Assembly (NCBI GenBank): GCA_050943215.1
Contig: JBMNOU010000002.1
Coordinates: 4,212-68,211, forward strand
Reading direction: 5' to 3'
DNA from: Christensenellales bacterium
Lineage (GTDB): Bacteria > Bacillota > Clostridia > Christensenellales > SZUA-584
DNA length: 64,000 nucleotides
Numbering within the stretch: position 1 is the stretch's first letter; the number at the start of each line of letters is the position of its first letter. A program made the position numbers and the translations under genes. The notes beneath the pieces were generated by a model. That model saw only the letters and a program-made list of their open reading frames with translations. It had not been told where the DNA came from and searched no databases. Positions 9,369 through 18,365 of the stretch are shown piece after piece.

Positions 9369-9869
9369 ATGATGGCTACGCAGAATCGTGTAAGGACATT
9401 AATCATATCTAGTATGCTTGCCGCATTGATATTTGTGTTTACTTACCTGATACGGATACCCGTTACGGCAACTGGCGCATATATGAACATTGGCGACTGC
9501 ATCATATACAGCTCAGGATTGCTCGTCGGTGTGCCATGGGCAGCGGCCGCTTCGGGGATCGGGAGTATGTTTTCGGATATTCTGGTTGGGGGAGGCATCT
9601 ACATCCCTGCCACACTTGTCATTAAGGGACTGATGGGCTATGTCTGTGCTGCCATAATGAAAAACGCGAGGCTTCCAAGGTTTGTTCTCGCATGTGTTCT
9701 TGGGGGAGCCATCATGGTGGCCGGATATGGTATTTTTGAATGGTTTGCGTTTGGCTGGGCGTATGCGGTAGGTACGGTTATATATAACTTGGTACAGTGG
9801 GCTGCGGGCGTTGCCGGGGCAATTGCATTATATTATCCTATTAAAAGAATCGGAGATACGCTGAAATGA
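9369..9869 (+). CDS. ECF-transporter S-component-like integral membrane protein (substrate unknown)
   Basis: The protein is 166 aa with about 5-6 TM helices and is Gly/Ala rich. The N-terminus RTLIISSMLAALIFVFTYLIRIPV is typical of ECF S components. No EcfA or EcfT gene is adjacent. Confidence 0.5.
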   Translation: MMATQNRVRTLIISSMLAALIFVFTYLIRIPVTATGAYMNIGDCIIYSSGLLVGVPWAAAASGIGSMFSDILVGGGIYIPATLVIKGLMGYVCAAIMKNARLPRFVLACVLGGAIMVAGYGIFEWFAFGWAYAVGTVIYNLVQWAAGVAGAIALYYPIKRIGDTLK

Positions 9870-10597
9870 AATTATTCTGTTTTGGCAAATATGGGCCTTA
9901 TCCAAAAGCGGGGCATGCATGTTCGTGTTATATGCTTAATAGCCAAGGCAGAAATATTATTATCGACCTCGGTTGCGGCGCACTTTCAAAGGTTTTAAAT
10001 AGGCTGAGATTACAGGATATTGACGCCATTGTACTCTCGCATCTGCATGCTGATCATATGGGTGACATGCTGACGCTAAGATACGCACTGAGCGCCGCTA
10101 GGAAGATGGGCAAAAGAAGCGATCCGCTAAGTGTTTATATGCCGAATCAGCCGATAGCCGAAGCGCTACTGATTACCTCAAATGAGATGATCAACCCGGT
10201 ATATATCAGTGACAATAGTATATGCAGCATTTGCGGTATTGAAGTAAGCTTTGCGTTAATGCCTCACGCCGTGCCGAGCTATGCGATGGCGTTTCGCACG
10301 CAGGGAAAGACGTTTGTCTATTCGGGAGATACCAAGGATAACGACCGTCTAGCGTCTTTTGCAAAAGATGCAGATTTGTTTTTGATGGAGGCTGCATTGT
10401 TATCCACACATAAGACACCGGACGCTTTACATGTCAGCGCAGTCGATGCGGGACGCATCGGTAAAGAAGCCGGTGCAAAACGCTTGCTGATCACGCATAT
10501 TTTCCCAGAATATGATGAAAATGCGGTATTGCACGAGGCAAAACAACATTATCCTGGGGTTGAGCTGATAGAGGAACAAAAGATATACGAGGTCTAA
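9866..10597 (+). CDS. MBL-fold metallo-hydrolase
   Basis: The HLHADHMGD (HxHxDH) motif is present. The start overlaps the upstream gene by ATGA. Confidence 0.8.
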   Translation: MKLFCFGKYGPYPKAGHACSCYMLNSQGRNIIIDLGCGALSKVLNRLRLQDIDAIVLSHLHADHMGDMLTLRYALSAARKMGKRSDPLSVYMPNQPIAEALLITSNEMINPVYISDNSICSICGIEVSFALMPHAVPSYAMAFRTQGKTFVYSGDTKDNDRLASFAKDADLFLMEAALLSTHKTPDALHVSAVDAGRIGKEAGAKRLLITHIFPEYDENAVLHEAKQHYPGVELIEEQKIYEV

Positions 10598-12874
10598 ATG
10601 AATATCCCCAATAAGGCAAACAGAGCAATCAATAAGCGTCCGCTGTTGATTGCTGCGGCTGCCTTTGCACTGGGCGTGGTCTTAGGCAGATATTATCATT
10701 TCCAAACAATCTATATCATCGTTGCCGCCGTATTGGCCGGCAGTGCTCTCATCATTCGAAAAAAAGTATTTCTCATTATATGCGCCACATGCGTTTTTTT
10801 TGCAGCTTTTTTATCGGCCCGGGCATATGATGTCCAATACATCGATACCGGCGATGACATGCAGATAACAGGCAGAGTTTACGCTGATCCATATACAAAT
10901 GATTACGGCAGCGTAATCTGTATGCTCGATGAAGCGTGCATAGACGGACGTGATTGCGGCAACATCAAGCTGTATATATCGGGTGCGAAGCCGGGCGTTT
11001 TTACATGCGGCGATGTAGTGCAATCATCGGCGCGCGTAGAGATCCCAAAAGGTGTAAGAAACCCCGGCGGGTTTGATGAAAGACTATACCTTCTTTCACA
11101 AGGCATATACTACAAAGCATATGCGGATGGGGCAGAGGTTATAGACAAGCGGGGCGGTCCAGGTATCATAATCGCACACGCCAGGAAATATCTTGGAGAA
11201 GTGACAGACAGTATATTCGAAGTGGATACTGCCCCTATCGCGAAAGCGATGCTGCTGGGAGATACGCAGGGGATTGGTGAGGAGACATATAGTGCTTTTA
11301 AAGACACTGGTATGGCGCATGTGCTAGCGGTATCTGGCCTCAATGCAGTAATTCTGATCGCTTTTATCTATCACGTCCTCAAAACGGTTAAGGTGGGGCG
11401 TACGCCAAGGCTTGTAGTGACGCTGATATTTATTGCAGTTTACACGTGCGTTACGGGGCTCACGCCATCAATCGTACGCGCATCGATTATGGCGTGTACG
11501 ATGCTGCTTAGAAAGCATTTTGGCAGGCAAACGGATACTCTTAGCACCCTTGCGCTCTCTTTTATCATAATACTCATTATCAATCCGCTTGATCTTTTTA
11601 CAGCGAGCTTTCAACTTTCATTCGGTGCAGTTTTTGGAATGCTGACGATAGGCTGGCAGATTGACCGCTGGATGACAAAAAAGCTGAGAGGACTTTTAGC
11701 CTCCGTAGGCAGAACGGTTTCGGCTTCTGTAGGAGCAACCGCCGGGACCATACCGGTCCTAGCCGCTACTTTCAGCCGTGTATCCACGCTCAGCATCATC
11801 ATCAACATCGTTGTGATACCGCTCGCATCAGTCGGGACTGTGCTTGTTTTCATCTCCTCTTTCGCAGGCATACTATTTGGGTCGGCTGCTGTTTATATCG
11901 CGTATATGGCATCTGCTTTTATTAAAATGATGATGGCCATTATCAATGCGGCTGCGGCTATACCGTTTATTGCTTTTGATATCGCTTCGCCGCCATGGTA
12001 TTTTATAACGGTATGTTTTGTGGCGTTATTGATTAGCTCTAAATATATTTTGATAAAGACGAAAATGAAAGCTATACTGTGCGGTGCGTTAACCGCGACC
12101 GTCTTTGTTGCGATACTGACGATTCAGCCCCAAGGCATGTACCTCGTATTTCTTGATGTGGGCCAGGCAGATGCGGCGTTTATCAAGACGGAGCAAGGTG
12201 GACAGTATTTTATTGACGGGGGAAGAGAGCAGAGCGCCGATGAGGTGGTCGGCTTCACAATCCGCAGAGGATACAGGCCAAATGCCGCATTTGTCTCGCA
12301 TACGGACGACGACCATTTTTCGGGCATCGTAGCGCTTTATGATGCGGGGCTTTTAAAAAAGGTTTATTGTTCATGGCAAGAGGAAGATACGGTAAAGACA
12401 GCAATGCCAGATGCTGAGGTTGTGCCGCTTGGAGCAGGGGATACGGTTTTGCTGGACGAGTATACGCGGGCTTTGGTATTATATCCATACATAGATACAG
12501 CTGGAGAGGATAAAAATGACATGTCGCTAGTACTGCTGATTGAATACAAAGGGCATACCGCGCTGTTTGCGGGGGATATTACGGGAGCAACGGAAACATA
12601 TGTATTTGCCGGTTTGCCCAAAGTCGATATATACAAAGCAGCGCATCACGGTTCAAAGTATTCCTCATATCGGCTTCCGTTATCCACGCTGACTCCGGAA
12701 TACAGCGTGATCAGTGTGGGCAGCAATTCATTTGGTCATCCAAATGCTCAGGCGATATGCAGACTTGAGGATTACTCGGAAGAAATCTATATAACTAAGG
12801 ACAACTGTGCAATCGAGTTTTATATTGATGATAAAATCATAACGAATTCTTATGGGGGCGGCAATGCCGAATAA
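10598..12874 (+). CDS. comEC: DNA internalisation-related competence protein ComEC/Rec2
   Basis: It has a polytopic competence domain (HVLAVSGLN...) plus a C-terminal metallo-beta-lactamase domain (VSHTDDDHFSG...AAHHGS). It is followed by holA and rpsT, as in Bacillus. Confidence 0.88.
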   Translation: MNIPNKANRAINKRPLLIAAAAFALGVVLGRYYHFQTIYIIVAAVLAGSALIIRKKVFLIICATCVFFAAFLSARAYDVQYIDTGDDMQITGRVYADPYTNDYGSVICMLDEACIDGRDCGNIKLYISGAKPGVFTCGDVVQSSARVEIPKGVRNPGGFDERLYLLSQGIYYKAYADGAEVIDKRGGPGIIIAHARKYLGEVTDSIFEVDTAPIAKAMLLGDTQGIGEETYSAFKDTGMAHVLAVSGLNAVILIAFIYHVLKTVKVGRTPRLVVTLIFIAVYTCVTGLTPSIVRASIMACTMLLRKHFGRQTDTLSTLALSFIIILIINPLDLFTASFQLSFGAVFGMLTIGWQIDRWMTKKLRGLLASVGRTVSASVGATAGTIPVLAATFSRVSTLSIIINIVVIPLASVGTVLVFISSFAGILFGSAAVYIAYMASAFIKMMMAIINAAAAIPFIAFDIASPPWYFITVCFVALLISSKYILIKTKMKAILCGALTATVFVAILTIQPQGMYLVFLDVGQADAAFIKTEQGGQYFIDGGREQSADEVVGFTIRRGYRPNAAFVSHTDDDHFSGIVALYDAGLLKKVYCSWQEEDTVKTAMPDAEVVPLGAGDTVLLDEYTRALVLYPYIDTAGEDKNDMSLVLLIEYKGHTALFAGDITGATETYVFAGLPKVDIYKAAHHGSKYSSYRLPLSTLTPEYSVISVGSNSFGHPNAQAICRLEDYSEEIYITKDNCAIEFYIDDKIITNSYGGGNAE

Positions 12875-13820
12875 AGATATCTATATTTTTGCTGGTGATA
12901 GCTACATGATAAAGCAGAGTTTAATACAGCTTAGGCAATCTCTTGATATCCAGTATGAGCAAATAAACACCACTTATTACGAACGCATGCCCAAAGCAGA
13001 CGAGCTCTATGAAGCGTGCGTGGCTGTTCCGTTCATGTCAGATATACGGTTGGTCGCGGTGGGCGACTGCAGTGTGTTGACGGCCAAAGGCAGCGCGGAA
13101 GAGGCAAAGAAAGTGGCTGCGTTCATTGATAAGATACCTCACACAACAGCGCTTGCTCTTTGCACGGATAATGCGCTGGATAAACGGCGCGCACTCTATA
13201 AGCAGGTCAAAAACTGTGGACAGATAAAAGAATTTACCCAGCCATCCTTGGCAGAGTGCATCAGTTTTGTGATCAAACAAGCATTGAAACAAGGTGCAGC
13301 CATATCAAAGGCAACGGCGGCAGAACTTGTCGCTCTCATAGGCTTTGATTATTATGCTTTGGAAAACGAAATTGCAAAGCTGGCGGTGTATAGCGGATAT
13401 AATGAGATTACTGCAAAACATCTCACCGAATGTGCATCAAAGTCGTTAGAATACAATATATTTGAAATTCATGGACTTTTTCTGAATAAACAGGCGGCTA
13501 AAGCGCAGGTTTTGCTAACAGATATTTTAAGATCCGAACGGCCCGAGGCGGTTGTTGGCCTTTTTGCGAAAAAGATCAGGGATATGTATAAGGTGAGGAC
13601 AATGCTAGATGCGGGTTTTAGTATTGCGAAGGTTACCAAGATGGCCAATGTCACAAGCTTTGTGGTGCAAATTTTAAAAAGAGAATGCAAGGCCTTTACA
13701 CAGGAAGAGTTGCGGAATGCTCTTGTAGCGCTAGCGGATTTAGACTATGCGGTCAAGAGTGGTGAGAAAGAAGCCGCGCTTGCGTTGACAGAAACGCTTG
13801 TCAGGATATATAAACTATAA
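12864..13820 (+). CDS. holA: DNA polymerase III subunit delta
   Basis: Size, the N-terminal IYIFAGDSYM, and the conserved comEC-holA-rpsT synteny support the call. GGGGG lies upstream of the ATG at 12864. The ORF track starts 12 nt earlier. Confidence 0.8.
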   Translation: MPNKDIYIFAGDSYMIKQSLIQLRQSLDIQYEQINTTYYERMPKADELYEACVAVPFMSDIRLVAVGDCSVLTAKGSAEEAKKVAAFIDKIPHTTALALCTDNALDKRRALYKQVKNCGQIKEFTQPSLAECISFVIKQALKQGAAISKATAAELVALIGFDYYALENEIAKLAVYSGYNEITAKHLTECASKSLEYNIFEIHGLFLNKQAAKAQVLLTDILRSERPEAVVGLFAKKIRDMYKVRTMLDAGFSIAKVTKMANVTSFVVQILKRECKAFTQEELRNALVALADLDYAVKSGEKEAALALTETLVRIYKL

Positions 13821-13833
13821 GATCAACACAAAA

Positions 13834-13860
13834 AGCCTGCAATCTATGGATTGTAGGCCT
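13834..13860. terminator. Bidirectional intrinsic terminator hairpin between the convergent holA and rpsT genes
   Basis: AGCCTGCAATC-TATG-GATTGTAGGCCT forms a stem of about 11 bp with one G:U pair and A/T-rich flanks. Confidence 0.6.
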
Positions 13861-13884
13861 GCAGGAACATATAATAAAGTCTTT

Positions 13885-14151
13885 TTACTTTGAAATAGCG
13901 GCAAAGGCTTTAGCAACTTGTGCCTTCTTGCGGTTGCTACTGTTTTTATGGATAGTTCCTTTAAGTGTGGCTTTATCAAGCGCGCTTATATACTCTTTAT
14001 AAAGTGCTGCTGCCTTATTCTGATCGCCAGCGCTTACAGCATCCTGAAACTTTTTCACCATCGTCTTTAATTCAGACTTTACCTGACGGTTTCTCAATTT
14101 AGCTTTTGCTTCGATACGCATGCGTTTTTCGGCGGATTTAATATTTGGCAA
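13885..14151 (-). CDS. rpsT: 30S ribosomal protein S20
   Basis: PNIKSAEKRMR... is the canonical S20 N-terminus. The true start is probably the TTG at 14151, because the ATG at 14166 lies inside the GGAGG Shine-Dalgarno site (ATGGAGGAAATAAACTTG). Confidence 0.93.
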   Translation of the reverse strand: MPNIKSAEKRMRIEAKAKLRNRQVKSELKTMVKKFQDAVSAGDQNKAAALYKEYISALDKATLKGTIHKNSSNRKKAQVAKAFAAISK

Positions 14152-14194
14152 GTTTATTTCCTCCATAATAATATTCTTTCCGATAACGAATCGT

Positions 14195-14223
14195 ATTTTA
14201 ACATATCAATCCGTGTTTTGCAA
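14195..14223 (-). promoter_or_regulatory. rpsT promoter (TTGCAA-N17-TAAAAT with TGn extended -10)
   Basis: The minus strand reads TTGCAAAACACGGATTGATATGTTAAAAT. Confidence 0.6.
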
Positions 14224-14330
14224 CAATATATAAAAAATCTAAAAATTAATATCTTTTATATATTGAAAGCATCTATTAATATGACTACGTTTATGTTAAA
14301 ATAACAACATATTTTTAGAGAGGAATCACT

Positions 14331-14819
14331 ATGTATTGTAAAAAATGCGGAAAAGACTATCCAAAAGAAAAAAGAGTATGTAAAGATTGTGGCATTGCAC
14401 TTACGCCAGGTGTATCACCGGTATCAAAAAAACGGGGTATTAAACGCATGCTGATTATAGGCAGCGCTATGATCGTAATTGTTGTCGCCGTATTTTTAAT
14501 CATCGGTCTCGGCGGTATGGTGCCGTCCAAGCTAAAAGGCACATGGTATGAAACAACGGGCTTAGGTGGTACGCTTGAGTTTAAACCCTATGGTGTATTG
14601 CAGTATAAAATAATGGGGCATGAAAGCGAAGGAAGTTATCAATATGACGGCGCTATAGAGGAAGGCAATATGACACGACAGATCGGAAATGAACCAAGAG
14701 TGTCTGAATTTACCTGCGACGGGATAACCATTGAACTGGATGGGGCTACATTCACCAAAAAATATGTGCAGCAGCAGGATCTTGGTAGCTTGATAAAGGA
14801 CCAAATCCCCGTAAAATAA
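14331..14819 (+). CDS. Zinc-ribbon / single-TM protein with one extracytoplasmic GTWYETTG-type (lipocalin-like) module
   Basis: It contains CKKCG...CKDCG, the TM helix MLIIGSAMIVIVVAVFLIIGLGG, then GTWYETTGLGGTLEFKPYG...TKKYVQQQ. Confidence 0.7.
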   Translation: MYCKKCGKDYPKEKRVCKDCGIALTPGVSPVSKKRGIKRMLIIGSAMIVIVVAVFLIIGLGGMVPSKLKGTWYETTGLGGTLEFKPYGVLQYKIMGHESEGSYQYDGAIEEGNMTRQIGNEPRVSEFTCDGITIELDGATFTKKYVQQQDLGSLIKDQIPVK

Positions 14820-14846
14820 TCAAAAAAGCCAATAGGAGACGGTATA

Positions 14847-15800
14847 ATGTTCTGTACGAAATGTGGTCATAAAAACATAGAAGAATCTGCCTTTTGCGTT
14901 AACTGTGGCAGTGCCTTGCAAAGCATAGAATCACAGCCTCAGGCATCACAGGGCCGGTTCATGCCTCTAAAGGGCCACGGCCAATATATGCCGCCTCCTC
15001 AGGGAATGTACCCTAATTACCCTCTTCAAGTCCCAAAGAAGAGCAGGAAAGGACTTGTTGTAGGGCTTTGTATAGGAGGCATTGTTATCATTGCAGCCGC
15101 GGTTGTGCTTGTAATATTGCTGACCGGTAAAACACCTATTGTGGGGCAGTGGTACAGCGATGAGCGTACAGAGGTGGTCGAGTTTAACGATGATGGAACG
15201 ATGATCGTTTATACAGTTTCCGGAGACAATCAAGGCGAATATAAGTTTGATAATAGCAAAGGCGAAGGCATTATTTCGATCGCAGGGGCGGAATATGATT
15301 TTGAAACGTATAAAGATGAGCTTTTAATCCAGGGCGTAGGTGCTTATATCAAGGCTAAAGATGGATTTGATGTGAATAATTTTATAGATGATGCAATAAG
15401 TGCTTTTAATGGTTTTGCAGGCGATGATTTTATCGATGATGATTTGTCAGATGGGGGAGCTGCCCCCGCGGATAGGCCGAGCTTGGCACCGGATCAAATC
15501 GGTATCCTTGGTACATGGTATGAAACAACGGGGTTTGGCGGAACAATGGATTTCTATTCGGATGGCACATTTAGTATGAAGGCGATGGGCATTACAATCT
15601 CGGGCAGCTATACGTTTAATCCCGCAATGGAAAGGGGAGAGCTGAATATAGAGTTTGCCGGAGAGACAACCACATCAACGATATATCTTAAAAACGGCAT
15701 ACTTGATATAGATGGCATGCAATATACCAAAGAATATGTAGAACAGATAGATCCAAAAGAAATGTTAGAAGGTTTTGATTTAAGCAGCCTCCCTTATTAA
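14847..15800 (+). CDS. Zinc-ribbon / single-TM protein with two copies of the same extracytoplasmic module (paralog of the preceding gene)
   Basis: It contains CTKCG...CVNCG, a P/Q-rich linker and a TM helix. Two modules follow: GQWYSDERTEVVEFNDDGT... and GTWYETTGFGGTMDFYSDGT...TKEYVEQ. Confidence 0.7.
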   Translation: MFCTKCGHKNIEESAFCVNCGSALQSIESQPQASQGRFMPLKGHGQYMPPPQGMYPNYPLQVPKKSRKGLVVGLCIGGIVIIAAAVVLVILLTGKTPIVGQWYSDERTEVVEFNDDGTMIVYTVSGDNQGEYKFDNSKGEGIISIAGAEYDFETYKDELLIQGVGAYIKAKDGFDVNNFIDDAISAFNGFAGDDFIDDDLSDGGAAPADRPSLAPDQIGILGTWYETTGFGGTMDFYSDGTFSMKAMGITISGSYTFNPAMERGELNIEFAGETTTSTIYLKNGILDIDGMQYTKEYVEQIDPKEMLEGFDLSSLPY

Positions 15801-15949
15801 TGATGTGCCAAGGGGTAAATAAGCCAAAATGTAATGTAAGAGCTAATAATACCGGCTCTTTATTAATTTGACTTAACCGATATTGAAATGTTTTTTATTT
15901 CTTACACTAAAAGACGCATTATTCTATGAATAGCAAAACATATAATAAG

Positions 15950-15978
15950 TTGTATTTAACTGCAAACCATGGTAAAAT
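15950..15978 (+). promoter_or_regulatory. Promoter (TTGTAT-N17-TAAAAT with TGg extended -10) upstream of the LTD gene
   Basis: TTGTAT is at 15950-15955 and TGGTAAAAT ends at 15978. Confidence 0.5.
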
Positions 15979-16005
15979 CTATTTTGCAAAAGTCAGGGCA
16001 GGAGC

Positions 16006-17076
16006 GTGAAATTTTTGAATGTTTTAAAAAGTATAGTAGCAATTATTATCGTTGCCGCTTTATTTGTAGGCGTTATTATGTATTTCACGCGTTCGGAAAG
16101 TGATCAGACAATCCCTGTGGGTACCATAATTATCAACGAATTTATGGCATCTAACAGAAGTTTTTTACCTGACGAGTTAGGCAGTTATAGCGATTGGATC
16201 GAAATATATAATCCGACCGATCAGGATGCAGACCTTTCGGGGTTTGGTTTGTCAAACGATTCCTCAACGGTTAAATGGGCTTTTCCACATATTATTCTGC
16301 CTTCCCGAAGTTATCTGGTTGTATTTGCTTCCGGAAAAGGGACTTCTGATGCAGATGCTATATATCAGCATACCAATTTCAAGCTAAACGCATCAAAGGG
16401 TGGTCTTTATCTGATGAGTACTTCGGGCGAAATTGTTGATAAAATCGAATATAAGGATCAGATAAAAAATATTTCTTTAGGGAGAAGCACTAAAGATATG
16501 ACTCAATGGGATTTGTTTGAACAACCCACGCCGGGGTTTGCCAATGACGAAGCCGGGTATACGGCGTTCATGCAGAGCAGGGTTGCTGATAAGAGCACGC
16601 TACTTATAACCGAGGTAATGTCTTCTAATAAGACAACGCTGGCTGACAATAGTGGTAATTTTTACGATTATATCGAGCTGTACAATGCGGGCGATAAAGC
16701 GGTCAACCTTAGCGGTTACGGCTTATCGGATGATACGGGAAATGTGCTTAAGTGGAGATTCCCGGATTTTGCTATTGAGGCGGGCGCATATTTAGTGGTT
16801 TATGCGTCTAGGGAAGATAAATTGAATACGGATATTTCAAAATCCGCAATTCATACGAATTTTTGTATTTCCTCTTATAAGGAAACGATCGTACTGTCAA
16901 ACCCTATGGGACTGATTCTCGATCAGATTAGCGTATCTGAGATAAAAGCCGACCATGCATATGCGCGCGTGCTTGACCAGGAGGGCTACGGTACCGATTG
17001 GGAAATGACAAGCCTTCCGACGCCGGGTTTTCCGAATAACGAAGAGGGTTACGCTTCATTCCAGGAAAACAAATGA
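16006..17076 (+). CDS. Membrane-anchored protein with two lamin-tail (LTD) domains
   Basis: An N-terminal TM helix is followed by two repeats. These are IIINEFMASN...DWIEIYNPTDQDADLSGFGLSND...HTNFKL and LLITEVMSSN...DYIELYNAGDKAVNLSGYGLSDD...HTNFCI. Confidence 0.75.
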   Translation: MKFLNVLKSIVAIIIVAALFVGVIMYFTRSESDQTIPVGTIIINEFMASNRSFLPDELGSYSDWIEIYNPTDQDADLSGFGLSNDSSTVKWAFPHIILPSRSYLVVFASGKGTSDADAIYQHTNFKLNASKGGLYLMSTSGEIVDKIEYKDQIKNISLGRSTKDMTQWDLFEQPTPGFANDEAGYTAFMQSRVADKSTLLITEVMSSNKTTLADNSGNFYDYIELYNAGDKAVNLSGYGLSDDTGNVLKWRFPDFAIEAGAYLVVYASREDKLNTDISKSAIHTNFCISSYKETIVLSNPMGLILDQISVSEIKADHAYARVLDQEGYGTDWEMTSLPTPGFPNNEEGYASFQENK

Positions 17077-17189
17077 GCTTCGGGGCATTTTTTGGGCTTT
17101 CGGAACAGGAAACTATAGCGATATTCGGTACGGCAGGCCGCGCGCCTACTCAGTGGGAGATTGAAACATACGGGAGTTAGAGGGGGAAA

Positions 17190-18353
17190 ATGGCCAGAAG
17201 AAAACAGGATGATATATTTAGACGGCTAAATAAACAAAAACCGCTTATTAAAAACAAGGAACTTAAGCCACTCTCGTCGCATGATTTTAAACCTGCAAGA
17301 AGTTCTTTTGATAGCATGGCTGAAAGAAAAGCGGACAGACGGAGAAAAACAAAACGCTGCTTAGACAATGAACTAAGTATATTTTCCGATACGAAAAAAA
17401 GGGCGGTATATAAGAAAAACCAGACAAAACAGGGCAACGCGCTTGCCGGCAGGTATAAAGGCAAAAAGAACGATGCGAAGGATAAAAAACAAGGGCTTAT
17501 TTTTACTGAGCAAACAAAACCGGCACCGAATCGTCAAACTGGTTTTATAAAACCACAGTTTAAAAAACAAGAACCGGCGATGCGCTACGCAGAAACCACC
17601 GGGTTTTTGCGCCCGAATATCCTAACCCAAAGAGCTGTATACCCCAAAGCAGATGCACAAATCAAAGGTAGGCTGACCTTTAGGCATGAGCTGAAATACT
17701 ACATCAACTACCGAGATTATATTCTGCTTAAGAATGCGCTAAAATCGCTAATATCACTCGATGCGCATGCGGGAAGTGACAATACATATCTAATACGCAG
17801 CCTATATTTTGACGACGTTTACGAAAGCGCGCTCATTGATAAGATTGCAGGAAGCGATGTGAGAAGCAAATACAGGATCAGGATATATAACTTATCTGAT
17901 GACGTTATCAAGTTTGAAAAGAAGATGAAGCTAGGTCAATATATTACGAAAAAAAGCATAGCGCTATCCCGTGATGAATATGACCGGATTATCGCCGGAG
18001 ATACCGCCTTCTTATTGAGCAGAAAAGAAGAGCTGGCATCTGAGATATACCTTAAGATCAAGAACAATCTGTTAAAACCTCGCGTGGTGGTTGATTATAG
18101 ACGTGAAGCCTACGTTTCTCCATTTGAAAATGTTAGGATTACGTTTGATATGGACCTTAAATCAGGGTTGTTGCTGACAGATATTTTTGACCCGTATATG
18201 CCGGTGATGCCGATGTATGACAGCGGGCTCATGGTGCTTGAAATCAAGTTTGACCGATATCTGCCTGAATATATACGGTGTATTCTCAGCAACCTCGATA
18301 CGGCCACGAGAAGCGCTATTTCCAAATATGTAATATGCAGAAAATATGAATAG
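17190..18353 (+). CDS. VTC-domain (polyphosphate-polymerase-like triphosphate tunnel) protein with a polybasic N-terminal extension of about 160 aa
   Basis: FRHELKYYI, IRSLYFDD, KYRIRIY and LEIKFD strands are typical of bacterial VTC/CYTH-like domains. A strong SD (GAGGGGG) precedes the ATG at 17190. Confidence 0.75.
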   Translation: MARRKQDDIFRRLNKQKPLIKNKELKPLSSHDFKPARSSFDSMAERKADRRRKTKRCLDNELSIFSDTKKRAVYKKNQTKQGNALAGRYKGKKNDAKDKKQGLIFTEQTKPAPNRQTGFIKPQFKKQEPAMRYAETTGFLRPNILTQRAVYPKADAQIKGRLTFRHELKYYINYRDYILLKNALKSLISLDAHAGSDNTYLIRSLYFDDVYESALIDKIAGSDVRSKYRIRIYNLSDDVIKFEKKMKLGQYITKKSIALSRDEYDRIIAGDTAFLLSRKEELASEIYLKIKNNLLKPRVVVDYRREAYVSPFENVRITFDMDLKSGLLLTDIFDPYMPVMPMYDSGLMVLEIKFDRYLPEYIRCILSNLDTATRSAISKYVICRKYE

Positions 18354-18365
18354 GAGGTTTTAATA

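Noticed and set aside
14152-14166. The ATG at 14166 as the rpsT start.
   Set aside because: That ATG is part of ATGGAGG, the Shine-Dalgarno site itself. The TTG at 14151 gives the canonical MPNIKSAEKR N-terminus with 8-nt spacing.
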